Of a stretch of 64,000 bases of DNA, positions 1 through 8,925 are shown one piece after another (position 1 is the first letter of the stretch; every line of letters begins with the position of its first letter). Made by a program: the position numbers and the translations under genes. The notes beneath the pieces were generated by a model. It searched no databases. It was not told where the DNA came from and was given only the letters and a program-made list of their open reading frames with translations. The stretch lies in the IMG/VR virus record IMGVR_UViG_3300037804_000366. One strand, given 5' to 3'. This DNA is from an uncultured virus (IMG/VR IMGVR_UViG_3300037804_000366) (Duplodnaviria; Heunggongvirae; Uroviricota; Caudoviricetes).

Positions 1-2
1 TG

Positions 3-611
3 GATGATATATTCGATAGGGCTGAAAAAACATATGGGCTAAAGTTTCAAAACAGATATCCATACAAGCTATGCGACCTTAAGTCATTCTATGGTAAAAT
101 CTTTGAGGATGAACTTAAGGATTATGAATATTGGGGATATGGTGATTCTGACGTCGTATATGGCAGGCTACCCATATTCGGAAACCTAGAGCTGTACTGC
201 GCGAAACATGAGCGACCAGACATGGCGCTCGTACAAAGTGTGAAGCCAGTTGGCAGATGGTTCATACCCGGACATTTCGTGATGATGAAAAATGATGATC
301 GCGGAAGGGGGATATTTGAACACTTACCGACTGCTAAGGCCCTGCTTGAAGAAGACACGAATAACTATATAGATGAATGGCTAGTCCCTACGGTATTGAT
401 TCACGAATATGGGCTGGGAGCTGGGGGAATCAAGGCGCAGGACTATGAGTATATTAAGGATCATTTTATAGGATGGAGTCACGGAGACTTACGTGTGGAC
501 GATCAAGAGTTTAACTATATTCATTGGTATAAACACAAAGACAGAGTAAAGACCCCCAAGTGGCATGATATACCAAGCACTTTTAATGTTAAGGATTACA
601 TACTGGTATAA
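3..611 (+). CDS. DUF6625-like putative glycosyltransferase, C-terminal part (5' truncated; N-terminus at window end)
   Basis: Frame is open from base 3 into the 222..611 ORF: YKLCDLKSFYGKIFEDELKDYEYWGYGDSDVVYG, typical of DUF6625-like proteins (DxD motif). Confidence 0.7.
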   Translation, partial: DDIFDRAEKTYGLKFQNRYPYKLCDLKSFYGKIFEDELKDYEYWGYGDSDVVYGRLPIFGNLELYCAKHERPDMALVQSVKPVGRWFIPGHFVMMKNDDRGRGIFEHLPTAKALLEEDTNNYIDEWLVPTVLIHEYGLGAGGIKAQDYEYIKDHFIGWSHGDLRVDDQEFNYIHWYKHKDRVKTPKWHDIPSTFNVKDYILV

Positions 612-631
612 TTTCAAGCTAACCGAATACT

Positions 632-1228
632 ATGAGAGTACATAAATACAATAACGGGATTGAGTGCTATGAGGGAGGTATATTTCAGCCCGCGCTATCT
701 CGATATGAAGAATTTATAAACCTTCATGAGCCATTTGAGGAGGTTGTTTTTGATCATATTTTAAAAAACTTTGACATACAAAACTTTATAGACATCGGCT
801 CTGCGTGGGGCTACTACAGTATTTTAGTTAAGAGAGCAAATGCCAACGCCCTCGTGATTGGCTTTGATCCAGATGATAACATGATCAAAAGGGCTACGGA
901 AAATGTGATTTTAAATAATTTATCTAACATAGAGTTTCGCAAACAGTCAATTCCTCGTGATACCTCTCTTTTTAATGTTGTTACAGAAGTTGGGATAATA
1001 AATTTATTGAAAATTGATATACAGGGAGAGGGAACAGAAGCACTGAAGAGTGCTGAAAAGGGTATTAGAAAAATCAGGCATTTAGTGCTAGGGACACATG
1101 GTCGAGAGCATGATGATTGCCTTTTGTTACTTGAGGATAATGGGTTTACGATAAAAATGAACTTCAAGGCCCATCAAATTCCCATACAACCCGATGGTTT
1201 AATCTGGGCATACAATGAAAACTGTTAG
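632..1228 (+). CDS. FkbM-family SAM-dependent methyltransferase
   Basis: FIDIGSAWGYYS motif I, GFDPD, LLKIDIQGEG. Confidence 0.85.
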   Translation: MRVHKYNNGIECYEGGIFQPALSRYEEFINLHEPFEEVVFDHILKNFDIQNFIDIGSAWGYYSILVKRANANALVIGFDPDDNMIKRATENVILNNLSNIEFRKQSIPRDTSLFNVVTEVGIINLLKIDIQGEGTEALKSAEKGIRKIRHLVLGTHGREHDDCLLLLEDNGFTIKMNFKAHQIPIQPDGLIWAYNENC

Positions 1229-1880
1229 TCTTAGCTGGGGTTGGGGCAATCGTCTCAATTTGATTATGTTTTGGAATAGGCACTCGGATATACATTTCAA
1301 GTGGGATATTGCTGATAAAAAGGAAGGAACAAAAGTTGATACACTAACCTCCACTTATGAGGGATATATAGATTTCGCGGATTGTGATATTAGTATTTCA
1401 ACAGAGTGTACCGGCAATCCACTTGAGCTGAAAAAAAATTCACCAATCCCCATCAAGGAAATAGGAAGCCCTTGGCACTTAAGAAAATATACTATGGGTT
1501 TAATGGATTTATCAATAATCGACAAAATTAAGCCGGGGCCAAAAGTAATACCCCACCTAGTGGATATTCCAGAGGGGTGCGCGGGCTATCAGGTTCGCAG
1601 AAGATTCCCAGATGCGGTAGTTCATAGCATACCTAGTGACAAGCCATGCTTCTTGGCGACTGATTGGGTCGAACAAAGACAGGTAGCTCCCCATGCCATA
1701 CAAACGAGCGATGCTGGGACAACTGATATTTTAGATGATCACGGAAATGCCGTTCCCTTTGAGATTGCGATGGCTGATTGGTTCGCGCTTCGTGATTGTG
1801 AAAGTATAGTAAGGCTAGGAGTGCCCACAAGTTTCACGGAGGGACTACAGGTTAAAAAAGCTATAGAGGCACAAAGATGA
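1215..1880 (+). CDS. Putative fucosyltransferase-like (GT11/NodZ-type GT-B) protein
   Basis: GWGNRL at the N-terminus, GYQVRR, FLATD, DWFALRDCESIV..TSF resemble fucosyltransferase motifs; degenerate. Confidence 0.5.
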   Translation: MKTVSLSWGWGNRLNLIMFWNRHSDIHFKWDIADKKEGTKVDTLTSTYEGYIDFADCDISISTECTGNPLELKKNSPIPIKEIGSPWHLRKYTMGLMDLSIIDKIKPGPKVIPHLVDIPEGCAGYQVRRRFPDAVVHSIPSDKPCFLATDWVEQRQVAPHAIQTSDAGTTDILDDHGNAVPFEIAMADWFALRDCESIVRLGVPTSFTEGLQVKKAIEAQR

Positions 1881-2545
1881 TCGGCTTAATCTCATATCCC
1901 CGCAGTGGTCAACATCTCACGGAGAGCGTTTTAAAATATTATCACGAAGAAATGGATGTGCCGTTCACATACTGCGAATATTATGGATGCTGTAAAACGC
2001 TTCCATGCAGCAAGGACAGCAAGTTTCAAAAGAATCATGACTTTTGGCTTATAAATAATTGGGGCAATGCAGAACCCGAAAAACTCCAGATACTAGACGA
2101 GAATAAATATATAGTCCTGTATCGAGGGGATATGATATCCCAACTGGAAGCTCACTATAGATTTGATACAAATAAAGACTGGGATTTTTACCGATGTATG
2201 AAATTCATACAAAATAACAGGCAATATTATAAAAGTTTCGTGAGAAAGTGGGTAACTCCCGAAAAAGATAATATTCTAAGTTTTCAGTTTGAGGATTTGG
2301 TAAAGAACCCAAATCAGGAATATCAAAAGATGATGAGATTCATTTATCCAGACTTCACGACCAATGGTGATCTTAATGAAGTTGAATTATTCGTGGACAA
2401 CGGATCAAGGAAGCGAGTAAAAAGGAAGATTGAGTACAAAAGCTCACTCTCCAAAGAAATGTATAAAAAAATAAAAGAGACCTTGGATACTCTTGGTCTC
2501 AAACTCGATATGGGGGAACCCATGTACAAACTACGCGATGAGTGA
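1877..2545 (+). CDS. Sulfotransferase domain protein
   Basis: SYPRSGQH 5'-PSB loop, VLYR..S 3'-PB-like, FEDLVKNP. Confidence 0.8.
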   Translation: MIGLISYPRSGQHLTESVLKYYHEEMDVPFTYCEYYGCCKTLPCSKDSKFQKNHDFWLINNWGNAEPEKLQILDENKYIVLYRGDMISQLEAHYRFDTNKDWDFYRCMKFIQNNRQYYKSFVRKWVTPEKDNILSFQFEDLVKNPNQEYQKMMRFIYPDFTTNGDLNEVELFVDNGSRKRVKRKIEYKSSLSKEMYKKIKETLDTLGLKLDMGEPMYKLRDE

Positions 2546-2720
2546 CGAAGATGACCAAGTAGCCGTAAACCAAATACGAACAAGAGTTGTTCAGCTACTT
2601 AGGCAGTTTGAGTCTGAGTCTGACTTGGATAAGCTTACGATCATCTACGCGGCAACGGTTGCACAGTTGGAGTTCATGGAAGACATCGACATGGACTTTG
2701 ACTCGGATATTGATTTATAG
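2538..2720 (+). CDS. Small acidic hypothetical protein
   Basis: ATG 2538 overlaps the end of the sulfotransferase; 60 aa MSDEDDQ... Confidence 0.6.
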   Translation: MSDEDDQVAVNQIRTRVVQLLRQFESESDLDKLTIIYAATVAQLEFMEDIDMDFDSDIDL

Positions 2721-2732
2721 ACTTAGATTCTA

Positions 2733-2894
2733 TTAATCGTCGCTCGACGGTTTATTGTTTTTGTGCTTGAGCTTCCTGTCCAATACCTTGTCTTTTCTTT
2801 TATGCTTACGCGTAGGGGGGAATGGTATTTTAGACCTGATCCTCAAGGTGTGTTCCTCGGCGATATATTTTAGATAATTCCGATCCTTAGACAT
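2733..2894 (-). CDS. Small basic hypothetical protein (53 aa, not in ORF track)
   Basis: MSKDRNYLKYIAEEHTLRIRSKIPFPPTRKHKRKDKVLDRKLKHKNNKPSSDD fills the gap. Confidence 0.5.
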   Translation of the reverse strand: MSKDRNYLKYIAEEHTLRIRSKIPFPPTRKHKRKDKVLDRKLKHKNNKPSSDD

Positions 2895-2908
2895 CTTCTG
2901 TAAAAAAG

Positions 2909-2929
2909 TTACTCAACGAAGTTGAGTAA
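2909..2929. promoter_or_regulatory. Perfect 9-bp inverted repeat with GAA loop between divergent genes
   Basis: TTACTCAAC-GAA-GTTGAGTAA. Confidence 0.55.
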
Positions 2930-3001
2930 ATAAAATAAAGCTTGGCAAGTCAATGGTTTTTTGCTTTTTATTTGGGCTTCAACAATAACCCATATAACTA
3001 A

Positions 3002-3757
3002 ATGAAAAATCAAATAACTACAACGGAAGAGGGGGCAAACCAACTCCCACCACAAGAACCGGGCGCGGTATTCAATGATCTAAACACGCAGATGAACGCT
3101 ATTGAAGCCTTTGGCAACATCATAGCTAAGTCTGGGTTTAATGGATGTAGCAAAGTGGAGCAAGGCGTAATAATTGCGTTTACCTGCATGGCTGAAAAGA
3201 TCACCCCATTGGATTTCGCTCAAAAATACGACATCATACAAGGTCGCCCAACGAAGAAAGCCGCAGTCATGCTCGCTGAGTTCAGGCAAGTGTATGGTGG
3301 AGATTTTGACTGGACTAACGATGGAGAGGATGGAAAGAAGGCTACTATAGTTCTTCACTTCAGAGGCAAGAAAAAGTCTCCAGTTAGCTTTACCATAGAA
3401 CAGGCGAGCAAGCTTGGGCTAACAAGTAAGGACAACTGGAAAAAACAACCGGGTGCGATGTTGCGAGCAAGGTGTGCTACGAAAGCATTGAGAATGTATG
3501 TTCCAGAAATAGCTGCGGGGATTTATGACCCAGACGAGATTCCACATGAAGAGGCAAAGGATTTGGACACCCGTACGTTCCCTGCCCAGTTCGCCGCACT
3601 TGTTAATGAAAGGTCGGAGCTTGAGAAAGAAAAGATCCAACAATTCATAACTGATAAATGGCCAAAAGGCATGCCACCTGCGACTATTAAGAAAGCCGTT
3701 GAAAACTTTGACACCTTTTTGCTTACGGCTATGAAGGCTACTGGAGGGCTTGACTAA
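3002..3757 (+). CDS. RecT/Redbeta-like single-strand annealing protein
   Basis: WKKQPGAMLRARC..ALR..VPE..AGIYDPDEI motif; adjacent nuclease and SSB. Confidence 0.7.
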   Translation: MKNQITTTEEGANQLPPQEPGAVFNDLNTQMNAIEAFGNIIAKSGFNGCSKVEQGVIIAFTCMAEKITPLDFAQKYDIIQGRPTKKAAVMLAEFRQVYGGDFDWTNDGEDGKKATIVLHFRGKKKSPVSFTIEQASKLGLTSKDNWKKQPGAMLRARCATKALRMYVPEIAAGIYDPDEIPHEEAKDLDTRTFPAQFAALVNERSELEKEKIQQFITDKWPKGMPPATIKKAVENFDTFLLTAMKATGGLD

Positions 3758-4737
3758 TGGAGCATCACAAGGAAAACTCTCCAAGCTCTTTTCCAGCCAA
3801 AGACAAATGTCCTGCATTTAAGAGTGGCCCCGCAGGAGAAGCCGCGGAAAAGGGGAGGCAACTCCATGAGTTGTTTGAAAAAAAGATCAATGGCGACGAA
3901 GTCACGGACTTTGAGTTTAGTGAATATGAAGTCGGTGGAATTGATTGGGCTGTTGATATCGTAAATATTAACGTAGACGCCCAAATTGATATTAATACTG
4001 AAATGAAGGTTTCTTATGGAGACCATTACTTTGGTACTGCCGACGTAGTTAATGGCAACAGGCTGTTCGATCTCAAGACTGGTGAGGAGAGACCATACTA
4101 TATGCAAATATGCGCGTATGCCTTGGCTATAATGGACATGAACTTCGACATAGATGAAGTTGAATGCCATATCCTCTATTCAAAGTACAGGAAGCACGTG
4201 CGCTATACCATAGACAGGGTACAGGCTAAGACATTAATTGATAATCTTCTTATAAGGTCTGGTCAGCCCAGCCCACCTCGTCAGCCCAATGAATATTGCG
4301 GTTGGTGTGAGAAGCTATTGAGCTGTCCAGACGTGATTGAGCATGCAAGTACTCTGTGCAAAGAGGAACTGAACCCAGACGACTTCGTGCTTTCAGGAGA
4401 AATCAATGAAGAGCAAGCTGAAAGAATTTCCACCCTCATTCCATTGGCTAAAGCGATGGAGAAATGGGGTAAGGAAATAATGAATCGCACGAAGGACTTT
4501 GAGGAAATTCCAAACTACAAATGGAAGGAACAAAACGGACAACGCTTTGTAACCGACGTCAGCCAAGCTTACCATACGCTTGACATGGCTTCGGGAGAAG
4601 GTAGCATTGAGCGTTTTCTGGAATGCGTGAGCCTATCAATATCAAAACTCGAAAATGTTTATGGCAAGGCTATCGTAGACCTTTTACCCATCGACAAGAA
4701 ACCCAACATAAAAAAGCTAATACAAGACAATGACTAG
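3757..4737 (+). CDS. PD-(D/E)XK Cas4-like exonuclease
   Basis: SPSS..CP, G..LHE, E, GTAD..DLKTG, Q..Y, CGWC..C Fe-S-type cysteines. Confidence 0.8.
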   Translation: MEHHKENSPSSFPAKDKCPAFKSGPAGEAAEKGRQLHELFEKKINGDEVTDFEFSEYEVGGIDWAVDIVNINVDAQIDINTEMKVSYGDHYFGTADVVNGNRLFDLKTGEERPYYMQICAYALAIMDMNFDIDEVECHILYSKYRKHVRYTIDRVQAKTLIDNLLIRSGQPSPPRQPNEYCGWCEKLLSCPDVIEHASTLCKEELNPDDFVLSGEINEEQAERISTLIPLAKAMEKWGKEIMNRTKDFEEIPNYKWKEQNGQRFVTDVSQAYHTLDMASGEGSIERFLECVSLSISKLENVYGKAIVDLLPIDKKPNIKKLIQDND

Positions 4738-5200
4738 TATAAATTACACATACAATGACTCTGAGGGAGCGCCCTCACTCGTAGAACCCGGTGAATACGC
4801 TGTAAAGGCGCTAAGGTATGAAACTGGATTCACTTCACAAAATAACGATAAGATCGTGCTACAGTTGCAGATCAAGGATGGCCCAATTGCTTTTGAGCAT
4901 ATTGTCTTCGCCGAGAAGTCCATGTGGAAAATGGATTTAATCGTCAAGGCTTTCAGCATCTCCAAGAAAGAGCCACTTCCCAAGAAGGGTGAGTCGATCA
5001 AGATTGACGAAGAGTTCATGCAGAAGTACATCATCGGTGGTTATGCCAAAGCCGAAATAAAGGTACATACGTATGAGGACAAGAAGAGCAATCAGGTTGC
5101 GAAGTTCATTGTTCCAAAGGAGCTTCCGCCTGAGAAAGAGCCAGAGGCAACTTTTGAGCTTACCTCAGAATCGGACGAGGGTGAGGATGTTCCCTTTTAA
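4730..5200 (+). CDS. DUF669-like single-stranded DNA-binding protein
   Basis: LVEPGEYAV N-terminus, acidic tail ending EDVPF. Confidence 0.75.
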   Translation: MTSINYTYNDSEGAPSLVEPGEYAVKALRYETGFTSQNNDKIVLQLQIKDGPIAFEHIVFAEKSMWKMDLIVKAFSISKKEPLPKKGESIKIDEEFMQKYIIGGYAKAEIKVHTYEDKKSNQVAKFIVPKELPPEKEPEATFELTSESDEGEDVPF

Positions 5201-5300
5201 CCTCCACACTACACTTTCGGGGGGAGACATGGCGCTAGTCGCCATGTTTCTTCTCGTGGGACTATTTCTACTAATAAATTCATTCAAAAATTAAAAAATC

Positions 5301-5570
5301 ATGACAGAAGCACTTAATATTATTTACGACATATTCGCGGGCATGGGTATGTTCGTCGTCTTACTTGTATGTATAGCCTTTATCTATGGGCTTATAGCAT
5401 CTAGCAGGGCAAAGAAAGCAATGCAGAAAGAAACCGAGGATCTACTAGGAAAACTTAATCCAGAGATGAAGAAAGTTTATCTAAACAAGTTGATGAAGGA
5501 ACTAGAGATAGAATCACAAGAAATCGCGGAGGGAATTAAAAATGACGAATCCAAGACAGAAGGGAGCTGA
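5301..5570 (+). CDS. Hypothetical membrane protein
   Basis: One N-terminal hydrophobic helix then coiled-coil-like region. Confidence 0.6.
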   Translation: MTEALNIIYDIFAGMGMFVVLLVCIAFIYGLIASSRAKKAMQKETEDLLGKLNPEMKKVYLNKLMKELEIESQEIAEGIKNDESKTEGS

Positions 5571-5907
5571 CTTTGAAAGGGAGGTGGTTAATGAACTCAA
5601 AGAGTTGGGACTGGACGCAAAAAAAGTTCCCCTTTCTGGCGCAGTGGCAGACTTTGAAGGGGATATTTGGATCGCACCTTCCCCCGACTCGCCACATCGG
5701 AAAAACTATCCCATTCCAAGGTTGGTACTGGAAGCGAAAAGGAGGAAGCGGGGGTTCAAAACCATATACGACGCGTTAGAGCAGGGAGGTGGAAATGACA
5801 TTGTTGTCGCGAGAGATGACAGAAAAGAAACCTTTTTCGTTCTTCCGAAGAAAACCTTTTACTACTTTTTGGAGGTGGCTCAATGGCTCAAGCAGAAAGA
5901 AGAATAG
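5542..5907 (+). CDS. Holliday junction resolvase (Hjc-like PD-(D/E)XK)
   Basis: KGADFEREV...PLSGA...GDI...LEAKRRK. Confidence 0.8.
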   Translation: MTNPRQKGADFEREVVNELKELGLDAKKVPLSGAVADFEGDIWIAPSPDSPHRKNYPIPRLVLEAKRRKRGFKTIYDALEQGGGNDIVVARDDRKETFFVLPKKTFYYFLEVAQWLKQKEE

Positions 5908-7925
5908 TAGAGAGTCTCGGCAGGGTAAAAGGAGATTTTCTGATTCCAACACGTACCCTAGAATACTTAAGAAATGGAGCGAGTGAAGGAACTAGAAATG
6001 ATGAGTTACTAGCTGCGGCAATTCAACTTAGGGACGCACAAATCCCAGAGGCGGAAGTATATCAATTATGTTCGGCGCGGGCGTCTATGGATGGGCTTTC
6101 CGAAACCGAGGCTAGGGCTACGATAAGGTCTTGCTATAGTAGACCCCGAAGAGACCCTATAGAGCCAAGTACGAATGGAGGCTTTGGCATGCCTACCTTG
6201 AAAAATGGGAATAGAACTCATGATTTTCAAGAAGAAAAGCCGAAGCTTCGCGAGAGGATATATACCCTTGATGAGAGCGATGAGCTTCCACCACCATTCC
6301 CTACGGAAGAGGCGGGACATAGCGTACAGTTTCTTGTACAGAATTATGCGCCTGATGATAATCTGTGTATCGTCAGAGCCGATCTGGGGGATGATGGGGA
6401 AGAGAGACCAATAGGAAGGGGTCTGACCCTCACGAGAGATAAGTGGATAGAAAAAATAGGAGATGGAGAGATAGGAGATATCTTTACCATCGTGGATGAG
6501 GATGGCCCAAAGCAGGTTGGGGTTTTCATTTCTATTAATCCATTAATTGATTCAAAGGCTGGTAGAGTAAAAAAGAACGTAAAGCAATACAAGTACGCTT
6601 TGATTGAGTTTGATACCATCTCTCTCAAGCAACAATGGCAACTGCTTAAGGAATCAAAGCTTCCTTGTTCTACGATTTGTTACTCTGGTAATAGAAGTCT
6701 CCATGCTATGGTTCGGGTGGACGCTCGAAATGAACAGGAGTACACGGAGAGGGTCGGCATGCTTATGGATCACTTCTCAGCCTATGAGGTAGATGAGAAG
6801 AATAAAGATCCATCTAGGCTTACGAGGCTTCCCGGTTGTACTAGGGGAGATACTGGCAAGGGACAGATACTCCTACACTTGGACAGCGGTTCTAATAGCT
6901 GGGATACTTGGGTAGATTATATAAATGACGACTTCCCACCGATAATGACTCAGGTGGACTTGGAGAGTGCGGAATTGTATGAGCCACCCGTTATCGTGGA
7001 GGGACTTCTCAATAGGCAACTCTCTATGGTCTTAGGTGGAGGTAGTAAGACATTTAAAAGTTTTACGCTTTTAGACCTAGCTATCTCAGTTGCAAATGGC
7101 GTACCCTTTTGGGGGCAAAACACACAGGCGGGTAAGGTTTTATATATCAACTTTGAGATACATGACTTCTTCTTTAGGGAGAGGATAAACATGATATGCG
7201 ATAAGAAGGATTTAAAGCTACCTAGTGAGAACTTGATGATATGGAATCTTCGTGGTAAAGCGCAAGCACTTGAAGCTATTGCGCCAAAGTTTATAAAGCT
7301 TATGGCGAATGGTAACTTTAGTTTGGTTATATTAGATCCTATATATAAAACATTAGGGAATCGCGATGAGAATGCGGCAGGTGATATTAATTCCTTGATG
7401 AATGAAATGGAAGAAATAGCAATCAAAACAGGTGCTGCAGTTGTATTCGCCGCACACTTCTCAAAGGGTAATCAGGCCGCGAAAAGTTCAATTGATCGTA
7501 TATCGGGTTCAGGCGTTTTTGCACGTAGTCCCGATACGATATTAGTTATGACTGAGCATGAGGATGATGATTGTTTTACGGTGGAAAGTACCGTAAGAAA
7601 TTACATGAGTCCTGAGCCATTCGTAGTAGAGATGGACTTTCCCTTATTCGTAAGAAAGGGAGGGGCTGATCCTAAAAAACTAAAGGGAGCGGGGGGTCGT
7701 AAAAAGGATGACCTCACTCCTTATATAATGGGCTATCTGAAAGAGGCGAAAGCCCCCATCGACCAGAAGGATATGATCAACAATCTGAAAGAAGATGGGT
7801 TCTCTGTTTCCACTATCAGGAGGAGAATTAGGGAGCTTGTAGAGCAAAAAAAGGTAGTTAAGACGAAAGCTACTGGAAATCGTTGTCTATTAGAAGCTTG
7901 CGCTGATATTTACTATCAACCTTGA
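5883..7925 (+). CDS. Primase-helicase (PriCT-like + AEP-type primase + RepA/AAA_25 helicase + C-terminal wHTH)
   Basis: EGTRNDEL..EARATIRS; IEFD, SGNRSLH, RLTRLPG; Walker A GGSKTFKS, Walker B ILDP, HFSKG. Confidence 0.85.
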   Translation: MAQAERRIVESLGRVKGDFLIPTRTLEYLRNGASEGTRNDELLAAAIQLRDAQIPEAEVYQLCSARASMDGLSETEARATIRSCYSRPRRDPIEPSTNGGFGMPTLKNGNRTHDFQEEKPKLRERIYTLDESDELPPPFPTEEAGHSVQFLVQNYAPDDNLCIVRADLGDDGEERPIGRGLTLTRDKWIEKIGDGEIGDIFTIVDEDGPKQVGVFISINPLIDSKAGRVKKNVKQYKYALIEFDTISLKQQWQLLKESKLPCSTICYSGNRSLHAMVRVDARNEQEYTERVGMLMDHFSAYEVDEKNKDPSRLTRLPGCTRGDTGKGQILLHLDSGSNSWDTWVDYINDDFPPIMTQVDLESAELYEPPVIVEGLLNRQLSMVLGGGSKTFKSFTLLDLAISVANGVPFWGQNTQAGKVLYINFEIHDFFFRERINMICDKKDLKLPSENLMIWNLRGKAQALEAIAPKFIKLMANGNFSLVILDPIYKTLGNRDENAAGDINSLMNEMEEIAIKTGAAVVFAAHFSKGNQAAKSSIDRISGSGVFARSPDTILVMTEHEDDDCFTVESTVRNYMSPEPFVVEMDFPLFVRKGGADPKKLKGAGGRKKDDLTPYIMGYLKEAKAPIDQKDMINNLKEDGFSVSTIRRRIRELVEQKKVVKTKATGNRCLLEACADIYYQP

Positions 7926-7958
7926 CTTGGTCAAAACCCTTATATAGGAATTGAATAA

Positions 7959-8309
7959 GTGATCAACAGGATGACACCACAAGATGGAAGGGGGAGCGAA
8001 GCTCTCCCCCCTTCCTCTTATGTGTGGATGTCAGTAAGCGAATGGATGAGTATGGAGATAGCCTCAAAAGGTCTTAGAGTAATATTTAGAAACCCAGATA
8101 CAAAAAGAACGTGCGAAATAACTTACAAGTACACGAGTGATAAGTGGCATGTGAAATGCTTTATAACAGAAAGTATGACAACGGAGTTTTCAGATTTACA
8201 ACCATGGCCTCATGGGGAAGAGCCAGACACCTGCGGCGGATTACCAATGCTCAATACATATGACTCGTTAATCGACGCACTTAATAATTTTAAAACTTGG
8301 GCGAAATGA
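7959..8309 (+). CDS. Hypothetical protein (true start probably ATG 8046/8052)
   Basis: ORF; stop overlaps next ATG (ATGA). Confidence 0.5.
   Translation: MINRMTPQDGRGSEALPPSSYVWMSVSEWMSMEIASKGLRVIFRNPDTKRTCEITYKYTSDKWHVKCFITESMTTEFSDLQPWPHGEEPDTCGGLPMLNTYDSLIDALNNFKTWAK
7986..8015. promoter_or_regulatory. G/C hairpin with cGAAg loop directly after primase-helicase
   Basis: GGAAGGGGGAGC-GAA-GCTCTCCCCCCTTCC (bulged stem). Confidence 0.45.
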
Positions 8310-8614
8310 ATATAGGACAAGTATATGAAGACTCGCTCTTCATGGAAGAAGGCACGATAGATGGAATTTATTTTCTAAAGTTAGCGGATGAGTTTACGTT
8401 TTGGCCAAAAGGCGAAGGAGTTATATCAAAAGCGCATTTAGTGAGCGCGAAAAATAATGGAGCTAAACAAATACTTATTAATTGCTTGCAATCAGGTAAT
8501 CTATTTATTACACCACTTGAAGAAGCATTAAGAGGAGGAACACAAGACCACGCGGTCTTTTTGAGACACAACATGAAGAAGGCAGAAGATAGTGATTTGC
8601 ATAAACAGGAATGA
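8306..8614 (+). CDS. Hypothetical protein
   Basis: ATGA-coupled ORF. Confidence 0.55.
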   Translation: MNIGQVYEDSLFMEEGTIDGIYFLKLADEFTFWPKGEGVISKAHLVSAKNNGAKQILINCLQSGNLFITPLEEALRGGTQDHAVFLRHNMKKAEDSDLHKQE

Positions 8615-8906
8615 TCCACCCGAAGAATATACCTTTGAAGAAAACTTAGGACTGTTTCACGGTCTATCCGATCAATTAAAAAATTGCGACGTACCCGATC
8701 CAGAAATAATACTACTCATACATAAATGGGTAATGGGAGGGTTAGAACACGCAGTACATAAGCTTGAACTAGATGCGGTTGAAGCTATGGCTGGACAAAC
8801 CAAGCTCAGGATTATGGCGAAGTCTGGAGAAAATTGGGTTACCATAGACATAACCTTTGGAAATAAACTACTTCAAAGATTACACCTCAATTTCAATCAA
8901 GTATAA
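8592..8906 (+). CDS. Hypothetical protein
   Basis: Overlapping ORF in operon. Confidence 0.55.
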   Translation: MICINRNDPPEEYTFEENLGLFHGLSDQLKNCDVPDPEIILLIHKWVMGGLEHAVHKLELDAVEAMAGQTKLRIMAKSGENWVTIDITFGNKLLQRLHLNFNQV

Positions 8907-8925
8907 CAACACAACCAACACACAC

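Noticed and set aside
3757..4737. Cas4-like nuclease as part of a CRISPR system
   Set aside because: Sits in a standard recombinase-nuclease-SSB phage module with no array
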